Positions 41,733 through 52,163 of a stretch of DNA of 56,989 nt are shown here, piece after piece. The stretch spans positions 1 to 56,989 of the forward strand of contig CAMAOY010000001.1 of NCBI GenBank assembly GCA_945859865.1. Direction: 5' to 3'. Positions within the stretch are counted from its first letter, which is position 1; every line of letters starts with the position of its first letter. Made by a program: the position numbers and the translations under genes. The notes below the pieces were generated by a model. It saw only the letters and a program-made list of their open reading frames with translations, did no database searches and was not told the origin of the DNA. The stretch is from Phenylobacterium deserti. Lineage in GTDB: Bacteria > Pseudomonadota > Alphaproteobacteria > Caulobacterales > Caulobacteraceae.

Positions 41733-42392
41733 TCAGCCGCGCAGGGCGGCGATGTTGGCGGCGTAGGCGTCGGGCCCGCCCCGGAAGACCGCCGTACCCG
41801 CCACCAGGGCGGTGGCCCCGGCATCCACGCACAGGCGTGCGGTCTCGACGGTCACGCCGCCGTCAACCTCCAGCACGATATCCCGGCCGCTGGCGTCGAT
41901 CATCCGCCTCAGGGTCTCGATCTTGGCCAACTGGGAATGCATGAAGCTCTGGCCGCCGAAGCCCGGGTTGATGGACATGACGAGGATCAGGTCGACCTCG
42001 TCCATCATCCATTCGATCACGGCTGGCGAGGTCGAGGGGTTGAAGACCACCCCGGCCCGGGCGCCCAGCTGGCGGATGCGCTTGAGGGTCCGGTTCAGGT
42101 GCGGCCCGCTCTCCGGGTGCACGCTGACAATGTCGGCCCCGGCCTCGACGAAGGCCTCGAGGAAGGGGTCCACGGGGTCGATCATCAGGTGCACGTCCAT
42201 GGGGATGGACGCGTGCGGCTTCAGGGCCCGGACGATGTCGGGTCCCAGGGTGATGTTCGGCACGAAGTGGCCGTCCATGACGTCGATGTGCAGCCAGTCG
42301 GCACCGGCCGCCTGGACGGCGCGGACCTCCTCGCCCAGCCGGGCGAAGTCGGCGGCGAGGATCGAGGGGGCGATGATCGGACGCGGGCTCAT
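41733..42392 (-). CDS. rpe: Ribulose-phosphate 3-epimerase
   Basis: IAPSILAADF, HIDVMDGHFVPNIT.G, DVHLMI, MSINPGFGGQ, EVDGG. Confidence 0.97.
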   Translation of the reverse strand: MSPRPIIAPSILAADFARLGEEVRAVQAAGADWLHIDVMDGHFVPNITLGPDIVRALKPHASIPMDVHLMIDPVDPFLEAFVEAGADIVSVHPESGPHLNRTLKRIRQLGARAGVVFNPSTSPAVIEWMMDEVDLILVMSINPGFGGQSFMHSQLAKIETLRRMIDASGRDIVLEVDGGVTVETARLCVDAGATALVAGTAVFRGGPDAYAANIAALRG

Positions 42393-43726
42393 GATCCGGA
42401 TTTAACGGCCCCTGGGCCCTGCGCCAAGTCCCTGCGGGTGCGGCGGTTCGGCCGACGGGCGAAACGGGCGATGAAGAAGCCGTCTGTCCCGCCCGCCCGG
42501 TGGGTCGGCAGGATCCGAAGGGTCCCGTCCTCACGGCGGCTTTCCGGCGGCGCCCCGCCCTCTCCCGGGGCGATGGGATCGAGGGTAAAGTCGGCGCACC
42601 GCTTCAGGAAGCCGGCGACCTGGGCCTCGCCCTCTTCGGTCTCCAGGGAGCAGACGCAGTAGACAAGGCGCCCGCCCGGACGCACCCGCCGGGCGGCGGC
42701 GTCCAGAAGCCGGACCTGGTCCGCGGCCAGGGAGGCGATGTCCCCGGGCTTCACCGCCCAGAGCACGTCCGGGTTACGGCGGAAGGTCCCGGTGGCGCTG
42801 CACGGCGCGTCGAGCAGGACAGCGTCGAAGGTCCGTCCGTCATCCCAGGTCCCGGAGTCGGCGGCGATAACCTCGGCGGTCAGGCCGGTCCTCTCCAGGT
42901 TCTCCCGCACCCGTCGCAGCCGCGCCGGAGAGCGGTCAAGGGCAGTGACCTCCGCGCCGGCGCCCGCCAGTTGCAGGGTCTTGCCGCCGGGCGCGGCGCA
43001 CAGGTCCAGGGCGGTCAGGCCTGGCCTTGGGTTCAGCAGGCGGGCGGGGACGGCGGCGCTGGCGTCCTGGACCCACCAGCGACCCTCGGCAAAGCCATCC
43101 CAGGCCGCGACCTCGCCCCGCCGGTTGGTACGCCAGGTATCGGCGGCGATCCGGGTCAGATTTAGCGTCTCGGCCAGGTCGCCGGGGTCCTCCCTGAGCG
43201 TCAGGTCGGTGTCTGGCTCTCCGGCGATGACCGAGGCTACGGACAGGGCGGCCGGCCGGCCCCAGGCCGCGCTCCAGCGGGCCAGCAGCCAGTCCGGCGC
43301 CAGGGCCTCGGGGTCGGACAGGTCGGGTGGCTCGCGGATCAGGCCCCTCAGGACGGCGTTGACCAGGCCCTTGGAACGGCGGGCGTCGGGTAGCGACTCG
43401 GCCAGATCGACGCTGGCGCTGACGGCTGCATGGGGCGGGGCGCCCAGGACCAGGGCCTGGACCGCCCCCAGTCTCAGAATATTGCGAACGATCTCCGGCG
43501 GGGCGCGCGGGATGCGCGCGTCGAGGGCGCGGTCCAGCGGGCCCAGCCGCCGCAGGGCTGTCAGCACCAGCAGTCGGGCGAAGGCCCGGTCGCGGGGCTC
43601 CAGGTCGGCCAGGCCGGGCGCGGCGGACTCGTCCTCCAGTCCGGCGCGGCGGGAGAAGGCGGCGGCCAGCAGGTCGAGCGCGGCGCGGCGGGCGGGAAGT
43701 CCGATGGGAAGGCGGGGTTCGGTCAC
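42389..43726 (-). CDS. rsmB: RsmB/NOP family RNA m5C methyltransferase (Sun)
   Basis: NusB-like N-terminus (GLVNAVLR), WVQD, DLCAAPGGKT, LLDAPCSATG..RR.PD, YCVCS, DGFF. GTG start at 43726 is inferred. Confidence 0.9.
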   Translation of the reverse strand: MTEPRLPIGLPARRAALDLLAAAFSRRAGLEDESAAPGLADLEPRDRAFARLLVLTALRRLGPLDRALDARIPRAPPEIVRNILRLGAVQALVLGAPPHAAVSASVDLAESLPDARRSKGLVNAVLRGLIREPPDLSDPEALAPDWLLARWSAAWGRPAALSVASVIAGEPDTDLTLREDPGDLAETLNLTRIAADTWRTNRRGEVAAWDGFAEGRWWVQDASAAVPARLLNPRPGLTALDLCAAPGGKTLQLAGAGAEVTALDRSPARLRRVRENLERTGLTAEVIAADSGTWDDGRTFDAVLLDAPCSATGTFRRNPDVLWAVKPGDIASLAADQVRLLDAAARRVRPGGRLVYCVCSLETEEGEAQVAGFLKRCADFTLDPIAPGEGGAPPESRREDGTLRILPTHRAGGTDGFFIARFARRPNRRTRRDLAQGPGAVKSGS

Positions 43727-43789
43727 GCATAGCCGCCTGCCCGGTTCTGGCAGCCAAGGCAACTGGCGTTTCGCACAGCGGATGACTAG

Positions 43790-43999
43790 ATGGGCTTCAT
43801 GGAAGACGAAGCCCCGCCCAACGCCGCCCCCGGCAAGGCCCTGAGCCCCGCCGCCCGCCGCGCCCTCGAGGAAGCCGCCGCCCGCCGTCTTGCGGAGACC
43901 GAGGCTGCCGAGCGGCTGGCCGAACAGGGCGGCCCTGCCGGCCTCGAGCCGACCCGGTTCGGCGACTGGGAACGCAAGGGCATCGCCGTCGACTTCTAG
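43790..43999 (+). CDS. DUF1674 (SDHAF4-like) protein
   Basis: ARRALEEA, GGP.G.EPTRFGDWE.KG.A.DF. Confidence 0.88.
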   Translation: MGFMEDEAPPNAAPGKALSPAARRALEEAAARRLAETEAAERLAEQGGPAGLEPTRFGDWERKGIAVDF

Positions 44000-44034
44000 G
44001 CGCCTCTGCGGGTGTGAGGGGCAACGGCCCCTCA

Positions 44035-44156
44035 GTTGACCCCCTCCGTCCCGGGGCCTCGGCCCCGGTCCACCTCCCCCTGGGGGGAGGAATTAGAGCC
44101 GCCCAATTGCTCCCCATCAGGGGGAGCTGTCGGCGAAGCCGACTGAGGGGGTCAAC
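44035..44156 (+). repeat. Full-length 122-bp palindromic intergenic repeat (CIR/REPIN-like)
   Basis: Perfect 12-bp terminal inverted repeats GTTGACCCCCTC / GAGGGGGTCAAC. Two arms with internal hairpins flank a central AATT...AATT linker. Lies between convergent genes. Confidence 0.88.
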
Positions 44157-44201
44157 GGCCTCGCCGCAGTTCCCTCTCCATCTATGCCAGTCCGCTCAGG
44201 C

Positions 44202-44912
44202 CTAGACCTGGGCGGGAACCGCCGCCATCTCGGTAATGACCTTAAGGGCGGCCTCGGCCGGATCGTTCGCCGCCGTGATCGGCCGGCCGCATACCAGGTG
44301 CGAGGCGCCGGCCTGCAGGGCCTCGGCCGGGGTCGCGGCGCGGACCTGGTCGTTCTTGGCCGCCCAATCGGGTCGCACGCCCGGTGTCACCACCAGGAAG
44401 TCCTTGCCGCCTATGCTGCGCGCCAGTTCCGCCTCCTGGGGACTGGCCACCACGCCGGCGCAGCCGGCGGCCATGGCCTGGTGGATCCGGCGCTGGACGA
44501 GGCTGCGGGCGCCGGAGCCATAGCCGATCGCCCTGAGGTCCTCGTCCGACAGGCTGGTCAGGACCGTGACGGCCAGGACCTTCAGGCCCGATCGTCCCAC
44601 CCCCCGGACTGCCGCCGCCATCACCTGGGGCTCGGCGTGTACGGTCAGCAGGTCGCAGCCAGAGTCGGCGAGGGCTGCCGCCGCGCGTTCGACCGTGGCG
44701 CCGATATCGTGCAGCTTCCAGTCGAGGAAGACCTGCTTGCCCTGGGCCTTTAGCTCCCGGGCCAGCTCCATGCCCCCCCGGGCGAACAGCTCCAGCCCGA
44801 CCTTGTAGAAACCGACCCGGTCGCCCAGGGTCTCCACCAGGGCGCGCGCCTCGGCCAACCCCGGCTGGTCCAGGGGAACGATCAGTCGGGGGTCAGCGGC
44901 GGGCGGTGTCAT
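44202..44912 (-). CDS. pyrF: Orotidine-5'-phosphate decarboxylase
   Basis: LIVPLD, YKVGLEL, FLDWKLHDIG.TV, TVH, AVTVLTS, VTPGVRP, DQ.R..TP, GRPI. Confidence 0.95.
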   Translation of the reverse strand: MTPPAADPRLIVPLDQPGLAEARALVETLGDRVGFYKVGLELFARGGMELARELKAQGKQVFLDWKLHDIGATVERAAAALADSGCDLLTVHAEPQVMAAAVRGVGRSGLKVLAVTVLTSLSDEDLRAIGYGSGARSLVQRRIHQAMAAGCAGVVASPQEAELARSIGGKDFLVVTPGVRPDWAAKNDQVRAATPAEALQAGASHLVCGRPITAANDPAEAALKVITEMAAVPAQV

Positions 44913-44963
44913 CCTGCGGTCTCCGGGGTCGGCTGGGGCGGCGAATTGGAGTATAAGCCTCCC

Positions 44964-45653
44964 ATGATCCCCGACAATTTCGCCGTCAACTTCTTCATCG
45001 CCCTGTTCGCCCTGATCGATCCGGTGGGCAATGTGCCCCTGTTCGCCGCGGCGACCCGGGGGGTCAAGAACAGCACGGCTCGGCTGATCGCGGTCTTCGT
45101 GGCCCTCTTTGTCATGGGCTTCCTGATCTTCTTCTACTTTACCGGCCTCAGCCTGTTGGCCTTCTTCGGGATCTCCCTGCCCGCCTTCCGGATCGCCGGC
45201 GGCATCCTGCTCCTGCTCCTTGGCCTCGATATGACGCGGAACGACTTCACCGCCGCAATGGCACCCGGGAGCGAGGAGGCCCTCGAGGGTGGCCAGACCG
45301 CCCAGGCCCGCAAGCGGTTCGAGGCCATGATCGTACCCTTCGCCATGCCCCTGCTGATTGGGCCTGGCGCCATCTCCACGGTGATCATCTACGCCAGTGA
45401 GGCCCGGGATTACGGCATGGTCGGCGTGTTTACCGGAGTCGGCGTGATCGCCCTGGTCGCCCTTTCGACCATGCTGTCCTTCTGGGCGACCCCGATCATC
45501 TCGCGCCTGCTGGGACGGATCGGCCTGGCCATCGTGGTCCGGGTCCTGGGGCTGATCCTGTGCGCCATGGCGGTCCAGTTCATCCTCTCGGGAATCGCAG
45601 ACTCCACCCATGGCCTGATCCTCGACGCGGCCTCCAAGCCCTACCAGTCCTGA
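44964..45653 (+). CDS. MarC family membrane protein
   Basis: LFALIDPVGNVP.F, FGISLPAFRIAGG, PFAMPLL.GPGAI, R..GL.L.A.AVQ. Confidence 0.92.
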   Translation: MIPDNFAVNFFIALFALIDPVGNVPLFAAATRGVKNSTARLIAVFVALFVMGFLIFFYFTGLSLLAFFGISLPAFRIAGGILLLLLGLDMTRNDFTAAMAPGSEEALEGGQTAQARKRFEAMIVPFAMPLLIGPGAISTVIIYASEARDYGMVGVFTGVGVIALVALSTMLSFWATPIISRLLGRIGLAIVVRVLGLILCAMAVQFILSGIADSTHGLILDAASKPYQS

Positions 45654-45658
45654 GGCCG

Positions 45659-46459
45659 TCAGGTCTTCCGGAACCGCCCGCCCTGGGACTCCATCAGGGC
45701 CAGGGCCCAGTCTTCCGGCATGAGCCTGGCCAGGGCGGCAATGGTCTTGTTCGGCGCGCCGGGCACACAGACCGGACGGTTGGCCTCCAGGGCCTCCAGG
45801 CCGGCCTCCGCCACTTCGTCGGCACCCATCCATAGCCAGTCCGGCGTCGATTTCCGGGTCGTCTCGCGGGTGCCGTTCACGTCGTGGAATTCCGACCAGG
45901 TGAACCCGGGGCACAGGGCGCTGACCTGGACCCCTGAGCCGGTGGTCTCCAGGTGAAGGCTCTGCGAGAAGCGGATAAGGTAGGCCTTGGTCGCCGCATA
46001 GAGGGTGTGCCCGCGGGCACCGGGCAGGAGGCCCGCCAGGGAGGCGACGTTCAGGATCCGCCCGAAGCGCCGCTCGGTCATGCCGGGCAGCAGCCGATGG
46101 GTGAGTTCGGTGGGGGCGTGCAGCATCACCTGCAGGAAGTCGGCCTGTTCCTGCCAGCCGGTCTCCACGAAGACGCCAGGCAGGCCGTAGCCAGCATTGT
46201 TGACCAGGACGTCAATGTCGCGTCCCGCCGCCTCCACGGCGGCCAGCAGGCGCGCTGGGGCGGCCGGGTCCGCCAGGTCCTCGGGAATGACCAGGGATGC
46301 AGCGCCGAACCTCAGGCGCAGTTCATCGGCCAGGGCGTCCAGGCGTTCCTGGCGTCGCGCCGTGAGGGCGAGGTCATAGCCGCGGGCGGCCAGGCTTCGG
46401 GCGAGGGCGGCGCCAATCCCGGCGGAGGCGCCGGTCACCAGGGCGAGTCGTCGGTGCAT
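45659..46459 (-). CDS. SDR family oxidoreductase
   Basis: TGASAGIG, NNAG, NVAS, YAATK, LCPG.T.SEF. Confidence 0.92.
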   Translation of the reverse strand: MHRRLALVTGASAGIGAALARSLAARGYDLALTARRQERLDALADELRLRFGAASLVIPEDLADPAAPARLLAAVEAAGRDIDVLVNNAGYGLPGVFVETGWQEQADFLQVMLHAPTELTHRLLPGMTERRFGRILNVASLAGLLPGARGHTLYAATKAYLIRFSQSLHLETTGSGVQVSALCPGFTWSEFHDVNGTRETTRKSTPDWLWMGADEVAEAGLEALEANRPVCVPGAPNKTIAALARLMPEDWALALMESQGGRFRKT

Positions 46460-46508
46460 GCCGTCTCCTGTCAGCTTGCCCTCAGGGTGGCGAAGCCCAG
46501 CCGTAGGT

Positions 46509-47273
46509 TCAAGCCCCAAGCTCGGGGGAAGCGCCGCCTCGCCCCGCAGGCTGGGGTCGCGCCCCTGCGGCCACCCCCGCCCGGACCCGGCGGCGGACCT
46601 TGGACGTGACCGGCCGAGGCTGCAGGGCCAGGGTCTGCTTGACCGCCTCCATGAGGATCAGGCCCGAGGCCGGTCGCCAGAGCCGCGAGCCGACCAGCTC
46701 GAATCCCTCCGCCCACCCGGCTAGCCCGGGGATGGGGGGGACATAGAGGGCTCGGGTCCAGCCGGTGGGCGCCAGGCCCGCATCCTCGAGTCGCCGGGCC
46801 AGCTGCCGGCGGCTGTAGGGCCTGCCATGCCCAAAGGGTGTCGACTCGAACGGTGCCCAGGGCCCGTTCCGGGCGGCGGCCACGGCGATCAGGCGCCCGG
46901 CGGGGGCGAGCACCCGCACAGCCTCGCGCAGCAGGGCCTCCGGGTCAGGGCTCTCCTCCAGGGCATGCACCATAAGGATCCGGTCGAAGCGGGCGTTGGG
47001 GAAGGGCAGGGCGTCCTCCGCCGTCAGGACCGCACGGTTTCCGCGCCCGGGGGGCCAGGCGTCCACGCCCTGCCCGGAGGGCATGGCCGCCACCGCCCGG
47101 CCGGCGCCCTGGGAAAGGGCCTCAAGGTACGGAACGGCGTAGCCTGCCCCGAGCATCTCCAGGTCCCGGGTCTCGCCCCAGGTCTCACGGATCTTGCGCG
47201 TCGCCATATCCCGGGCCGCCTGGCCCAGGGGCGAGGCGTAGAAGGCCGCCAGATCAGAGATGTCTTGCCGCAT
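46509..47273 (-). CDS. Class I SAM-dependent methyltransferase (YafS-like, divergent from gloB)
   Basis: FY.SPLG, LG.GYA.PYL, LPF....FDRIL..H.LE, RVLAP.GR, PFGHGRPYS. Confidence 0.85.
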   Translation of the reverse strand: MRQDISDLAAFYASPLGQAARDMATRKIRETWGETRDLEMLGAGYAVPYLEALSQGAGRAVAAMPSGQGVDAWPPGRGNRAVLTAEDALPFPNARFDRILMVHALEESPDPEALLREAVRVLAPAGRLIAVAAARNGPWAPFESTPFGHGRPYSRRQLARRLEDAGLAPTGWTRALYVPPIPGLAGWAEGFELVGSRLWRPASGLILMEAVKQTLALQPRPVTSKVRRRVRAGVAAGARPQPAGRGGASPELGA

Positions 47274-47348
47274 GACGCGGATTTAGGCCTAGTCGCGTCC
47301 GACCGCGAGCCCCGGAAAGTCCGGAAGGCGCGGCGGAGGAAGGTCGCC

Positions 47349-48095
47349 ATGACCCTGACCGTTCATCAGTTCCCCTGCCTGTCTGACAATTACGGCTATC
47401 TGATCCGCGATGAGGCCTCGGGCCGGACCGCCTGCATCGATACGCCGGACGCTACCGCCGTCCTGGCCGAGCTGGGTCGGCTGGGCTGGAAGCTGGACCT
47501 TGTCCTGAACACCCACTGGCACGCCGACCACGCCGGCGGGAACGCCGAGGTCAAGGCCGCCACCGGCTGTGAGCTCCTGGGTCCCGCCGAGGTTTCAGGG
47601 CGGTTCCCTGTCGACCGTGTCCTGTCTCCCGGCGAGACGGTGAGCCTGGGCGGGACGGTGTTCGAGGTCCTGGAGTCTGGCGGCCATACCCTGGGCCACA
47701 TCGCCTTTCACGCACCGGAGGCGGGCGTGGCCTTCGTGGGCGACACCCTCTTCGCCCTGGGCTGCGGACGGATGTTCGAGGGCTCGCCCGCACAAATGTG
47801 GTCCAGCCTGCAGCGCCTCGCGGCCCTGCCCGACGCGACCCGCGTGTACTGCGCGCACGAGTACACGGCCTCGAACGCCCGGTTCGCCCTGTCGGTGGAT
47901 ATGGATCCGGCTGTGCGGGCCCGGGCCGACGCCGTCTTCGCCGCCCGCGAGCGGGGTGAGCCCACCGTGCCCAGCACCATAGGCGAGGAGAAGGCCACCA
48001 ATCCCTTCCTGCGCGCGCCGCACCTGCGGCCGGGGCTGCCCCCGCATGACGCCTTTGCGGCCCTGCGCGCCGAGAAGGATAGCTTCCGGGGCTAG
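47349..48095 (+). CDS. gloB: Hydroxyacylglutathione hydrolase (glyoxalase II)
   Basis: LSDNY.YL, THWHADHAGG, GHT.GH, GDTLF..GCGR.FEG, CAHEYT..N..F, TNPFLR. Confidence 0.95.
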   Translation: MTLTVHQFPCLSDNYGYLIRDEASGRTACIDTPDATAVLAELGRLGWKLDLVLNTHWHADHAGGNAEVKAATGCELLGPAEVSGRFPVDRVLSPGETVSLGGTVFEVLESGGHTLGHIAFHAPEAGVAFVGDTLFALGCGRMFEGSPAQMWSSLQRLAALPDATRVYCAHEYTASNARFALSVDMDPAVRARADAVFAARERGEPTVPSTIGEEKATNPFLRAPHLRPGLPPHDAFAALRAEKDSFRG

Positions 48096-48865
48096 CGGAT
48101 CCCCGCCGCCGCCAGGATGCGGTCGGAGGAGGGGCGGCCTGACATGCCCTGCCCGGGCGCCACGGTGATCTCGATCACGCCCCGCCGGAGCTCGGCCCGG
48201 GCCTGGCGGCCCTCGACCAGCCGCACCCGCTTCACCGTCATCAGGATTTCCCGGCCGTCCTGCAGCCGGGTCAGGCGGAGGATGGCCTCTGCGGCGACCA
48301 TGGCCGCGTCCGCTGTCAGGGCCGAGGAGGCCGGCGAGGCGTCGGCCTCGAAGGGGATAAGCCGCTGGGCGGCCCGGGTCGCCCGGGTGCTGGCCTGGGC
48401 CAGGCGCTCTAGCAGCTGCTGTGGCCCCAGGGGCGTCATGCGCAGGGTCTGGCCAGTGCCGGAAAGGGCGACCAGCAGGCCTTCGGGCCGGTCAAATGTG
48501 AAGACGGTCAACCCGCCGGTCCGGTTTGCCCTCAGGATCGGCTCGCCCAGGTCGTTCAGGTAGAGGATGTCTCCCCGCGGCGCGGGCTGGGCCCTGAGCA
48601 CCCAGACTTCGGGGCTGCGATCGAACTTCATCAGGGGTACGGGCTGGCTGCGGTCGAAGGTGAAGCGCACCCCCGTCTCGCTGATATAGCGGGCCACCAC
48701 CGGCGCACCCGGCGTTCCGGCCTGGACGCCGCCCGGGCTGAACAGGACGCCGCGCCCGACGGTCACGGACTGGGCGCTGGCCGACGCCGCGCAGGCCGCC
48801 GACAGGGCGACCAGCAACAGGAGTCTCAGCCGCGTCCGCCTGTCTGGAAATTGGGATTTGTCCAT
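48092..48865 (-). CDS. Exported protein, DUF4908-like
   Basis: Signal peptide. ARY..E.G..F..DRS...PL.KF..SPEVW.L...P.PRGD..Y.ND.G.P.LR....GG.T.F and C-terminal GRPSS, which I recall as the DUF4908 pattern. Confidence 0.7.
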   Translation of the reverse strand: MDKSQFPDRRTRLRLLLLVALSAACAASASAQSVTVGRGVLFSPGGVQAGTPGAPVVARYISETGVRFTFDRSQPVPLMKFDRSPEVWVLRAQPAPRGDILYLNDLGEPILRANRTGGLTVFTFDRPEGLLVALSGTGQTLRMTPLGPQQLLERLAQASTRATRAAQRLIPFEADASPASSALTADAAMVAAEAILRLTRLQDGREILMTVKRVRLVEGRQARAELRRGVIEITVAPGQGMSGRPSSDRILAAAGIR

Positions 48866-48955
48866 CAGCACCGGTTAGTGCACGGCGACTGGGGCGGATT
48901 TTGGACGCTGCGACGCCCCCGCCCCCTGAATACGCCACTCATACCGGTCCCGCCC

Positions 48956-49681
48956 TCAGCCGGCCATGTACTGGCCGCCGTTCAGCGACAGGGTTGAGCC
49001 GGTGACGAAGCCAGCGTGTTCCCCCGTCAGGAAGGCCACCATGTCAGCGATCTCCTCGCCCCGGCCAAGCCGTCCCACGGGGATCTGGGCGATGATCGAG
49101 GCGAGCACCGCCTCGGGCACGGCCTGCACCATCTCGGTATCGATATAGCCCGGGCAGATGCAGTTCACCGTCACGCCCTTTCGCGCATTCTCAAGCGCCA
49201 GGGCCTTGGTGAAGCCGATCATCCCGGCCTTGGCCGCGGCGTAGTTGGTCTGGCCCGCCTGGCCCTTCTGGCCATTGATCGACGAGATGTTGACGATCCG
49301 GCCCCATTCGCGTTCCCGCATCCCACCGATGACCTGGCGGGTCATGTTGAAGACCGAGTCCATGTTCACCTGGATAACGTCCGACCACTGTGTTGGCGAC
49401 ATCTTGTGGAAGGCCCCGTCGCGGGTGATGCCGGCGTTGTTCACCAGGACGTCCACCGGCCCCAGCTCGGCCTCCACCGCGCGCACCGCGCGGTCGCAGT
49501 CCTCGAAGGCGCCCACATTGCCCTTCACCACCATCACGCCCAGTTCCCGGGCGCAGGCCTGGGCGGCCTCCTCGTTACCGGAATAGCCGGCGGCGACCTT
49601 CATGCCATCGGCCGTCAACCGCTCACAGATCGCGCGGCCTATGCCCCGCGTGCCTCCCGTCACGAACGCCACCCTCGCCAT
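48956..49681 (-). CDS. phaB: Acetoacetyl-CoA reductase
   Basis: TGGTRGIG, NNAGITRD, ISSINGQKGQ.GQ.NY.AAKAG, LNGGQY. Downstream of the thiolase. Confidence 0.95.
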   Translation of the reverse strand: MARVAFVTGGTRGIGRAICERLTADGMKVAAGYSGNEEAAQACARELGVMVVKGNVGAFEDCDRAVRAVEAELGPVDVLVNNAGITRDGAFHKMSPTQWSDVIQVNMDSVFNMTRQVIGGMREREWGRIVNISSINGQKGQAGQTNYAAAKAGMIGFTKALALENARKGVTVNCICPGYIDTEMVQAVPEAVLASIIAQIPVGRLGRGEEIADMVAFLTGEHAGFVTGSTLSLNGGQYMAG

Positions 49682-49709
49682 CGCCGCCTCCTGTTACCGC
49701 CCTTAAGCC

Positions 49710-50963
<1,254 letters not shown>

Positions 50964-50968
50964 CTATA

Positions 50969-50979
50969 CTGCAATGCAA
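50969..50979. promoter_or_regulatory. Candidate PhaR box between phaA and phaR
   Basis: CTGC-AAT-GCAA matches the TGC-N3-GCA motif of alphaproteobacterial PhaR. Confidence 0.5.
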
Positions 50980-51021
50980 TAGTGGTTCCTCTGCCGCGGG
51001 TGCGCTCAGGAAGGAACCGGA

Positions 51022-51630
51022 ATGGCCAACGCGAAGGGTGCCAGGACGGGCGATGGCCCGGTCATCATCAAGAAGTATGCTAACCGCCGACTCTACAACA
51101 CGGCTTCGAGCGCCTACGTTACCCTCGAGCATCTCGCTGACATGGTGCGCAAGGGCGTCGACTTCGTCGTCTACGACGCGAAGACCAACGACGACATCAC
51201 CCGGTCCGTACTCGCCCAGATCATCTTCGACGAGGAAGGCCGGTCCGAAAGTCTCCTGCCCATCCAGTTCCTGCGCCAGCTGATCGGCTTCTACGGCAAC
51301 TCCATGCAGGCCTTCCTGCCCTCCTACCTGGAAATGTCCCTGGCCTCCTTCGCCGATCAGCAGGAGCGCCTGCGCCAGCAGATGACCGGCGCCACACCGG
51401 CGGCCGGGCTCGCCGTCTACGAGGAGCAGGTGAAGAAGAACATGGTCCTGTTCAACCAGGCCATGCAGATGTTCTCGCCCTTCGCCTACGGCAAGCCGGA
51501 GGCGCAGGCGGCGCCCGCCGCCGAGACTCCGCCCCCCGCGCCCCCCGCCTCCGAGGACGACATCGCCGACCTCAAGCGGCGGATGGAGGAGATGGCCGCT
51601 CAGATTGACAGACTTGCTTCTGGACGATGA
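51022..51630 (+). CDS. phaR: Polyhydroxyalkanoate synthesis repressor PhaR
   Basis: IIKKYANRRLYNT..S.YVTL, DAKT..DITRSVL.QII..EE, LLPI.FLRQLI.FYG. Confidence 0.96.
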   Translation: MANAKGARTGDGPVIIKKYANRRLYNTASSAYVTLEHLADMVRKGVDFVVYDAKTNDDITRSVLAQIIFDEEGRSESLLPIQFLRQLIGFYGNSMQAFLPSYLEMSLASFADQQERLRQQMTGATPAAGLAVYEEQVKKNMVLFNQAMQMFSPFAYGKPEAQAAPAAETPPPAPPASEDDIADLKRRMEEMAAQIDRLASGR

Positions 51631-51950
51631 CGGGGCCGATTGATCCCATTCGCAGGTCGCGGCGGACCCCAGGCGCCCGAAACCCGTCTGTCGAGCCTGT
51701 CCTCGCGTTACCGAATCCCAATGCCGGCGCCGGCCGGACGGATCGCGTCAAGCCGCCCCCCGAGACTCCCCTCGCTGAAGGCGCTGCGGTGCTCAGCGCC
51801 CACCTCCTCGGGCAGGAAGGCGCCCGTCGGGGCCTGCGCGGCGGCGCCCCCGTCCTGGATGAAGCCCGCTCGGCCTATGAGACCGCCGAGTGGTCCGGCG
51901 GCGCGGATCGCCGCAAGAAGAAGGGACGCAAGGCGCGCATCAAGACCTGA
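51627..51950 (+). CDS. Hypothetical protein coupled to phaR
   Basis: ATGA overlap with the phaR stop. The C-terminal half looks ordered (AHLLGQ.G.RRGLRGG.PVLD.AR.AY..AEWSG.ADRR). Confidence 0.65.
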   Translation: MTGPIDPIRRSRRTPGARNPSVEPVLALPNPNAGAGRTDRVKPPPETPLAEGAAVLSAHLLGQEGARRGLRGGAPVLDEARSAYETAEWSGGADRRKKKGRKARIKT

Positions 51951-51957
51951 TCCGCTC

Positions 51958-51989
51958 CGGCGAAATCCGCCGACCGGTCAGGATTGCCG
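51958..51989. promoter_or_regulatory. Pair of ftr-like (FlbD enhancer) sites
   Basis: CGGC-GAAATCC-GCCG (51958-51972) and CGGT-CAGGATT-GCCG (51975-51989), matching the CGGC-N7-GCCG core, about 100 bp upstream of the predicted sigma54 start site. Confidence 0.55.
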
Positions 51990-52044
51990 CTGCCAAGGCG
52001 GCCTGTGTCTGCGGAAAAGCCTTGGTTTCTGCAGGCACCCGGTT

Positions 52045-52060
52045 TGGCCCGGGCCTTGCA
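52045..52060 (+). promoter_or_regulatory. Sigma54 (RpoN) -24/-12 promoter
   Basis: TGGCCC-GGGCC-TTGCA with exact GG-N10-GC spacing. Confidence 0.7.
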
Positions 52061-52094
52061 ACAGGGTTGGCGAGATCCTCTCCGGAGCCCCGCC

Positions 52095-52163
52095 ATGCCC
52101 GCCCTCGTCGCCCGTGTCCTGGATGTCGCCCTCGTCGTGGCCATTCTGACCGCATTTACCTGA
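52095..52163 (+). CDS. 22-aa hydrophobic small protein MPALVARVLDVALVVAILTAFT
   Basis: GGAG at 52084-52087, 7 nt before the ATG. High-GC3 host-like codons, directly downstream of the sigma54 promoter, followed by GC hairpins. Confidence 0.55.
   Translation: MPALVARVLDVALVVAILTAFT

Noticed and set aside
44202-45914. 570-aa extended PyrF, and similar N-terminal extensions of FzlA, LytTR, GloB and ArnT in the ORF track
   Set aside because: The extensions overlap real opposite-strand genes. Homology starts at the internal ATGs used in my calls, so these are not fusions.
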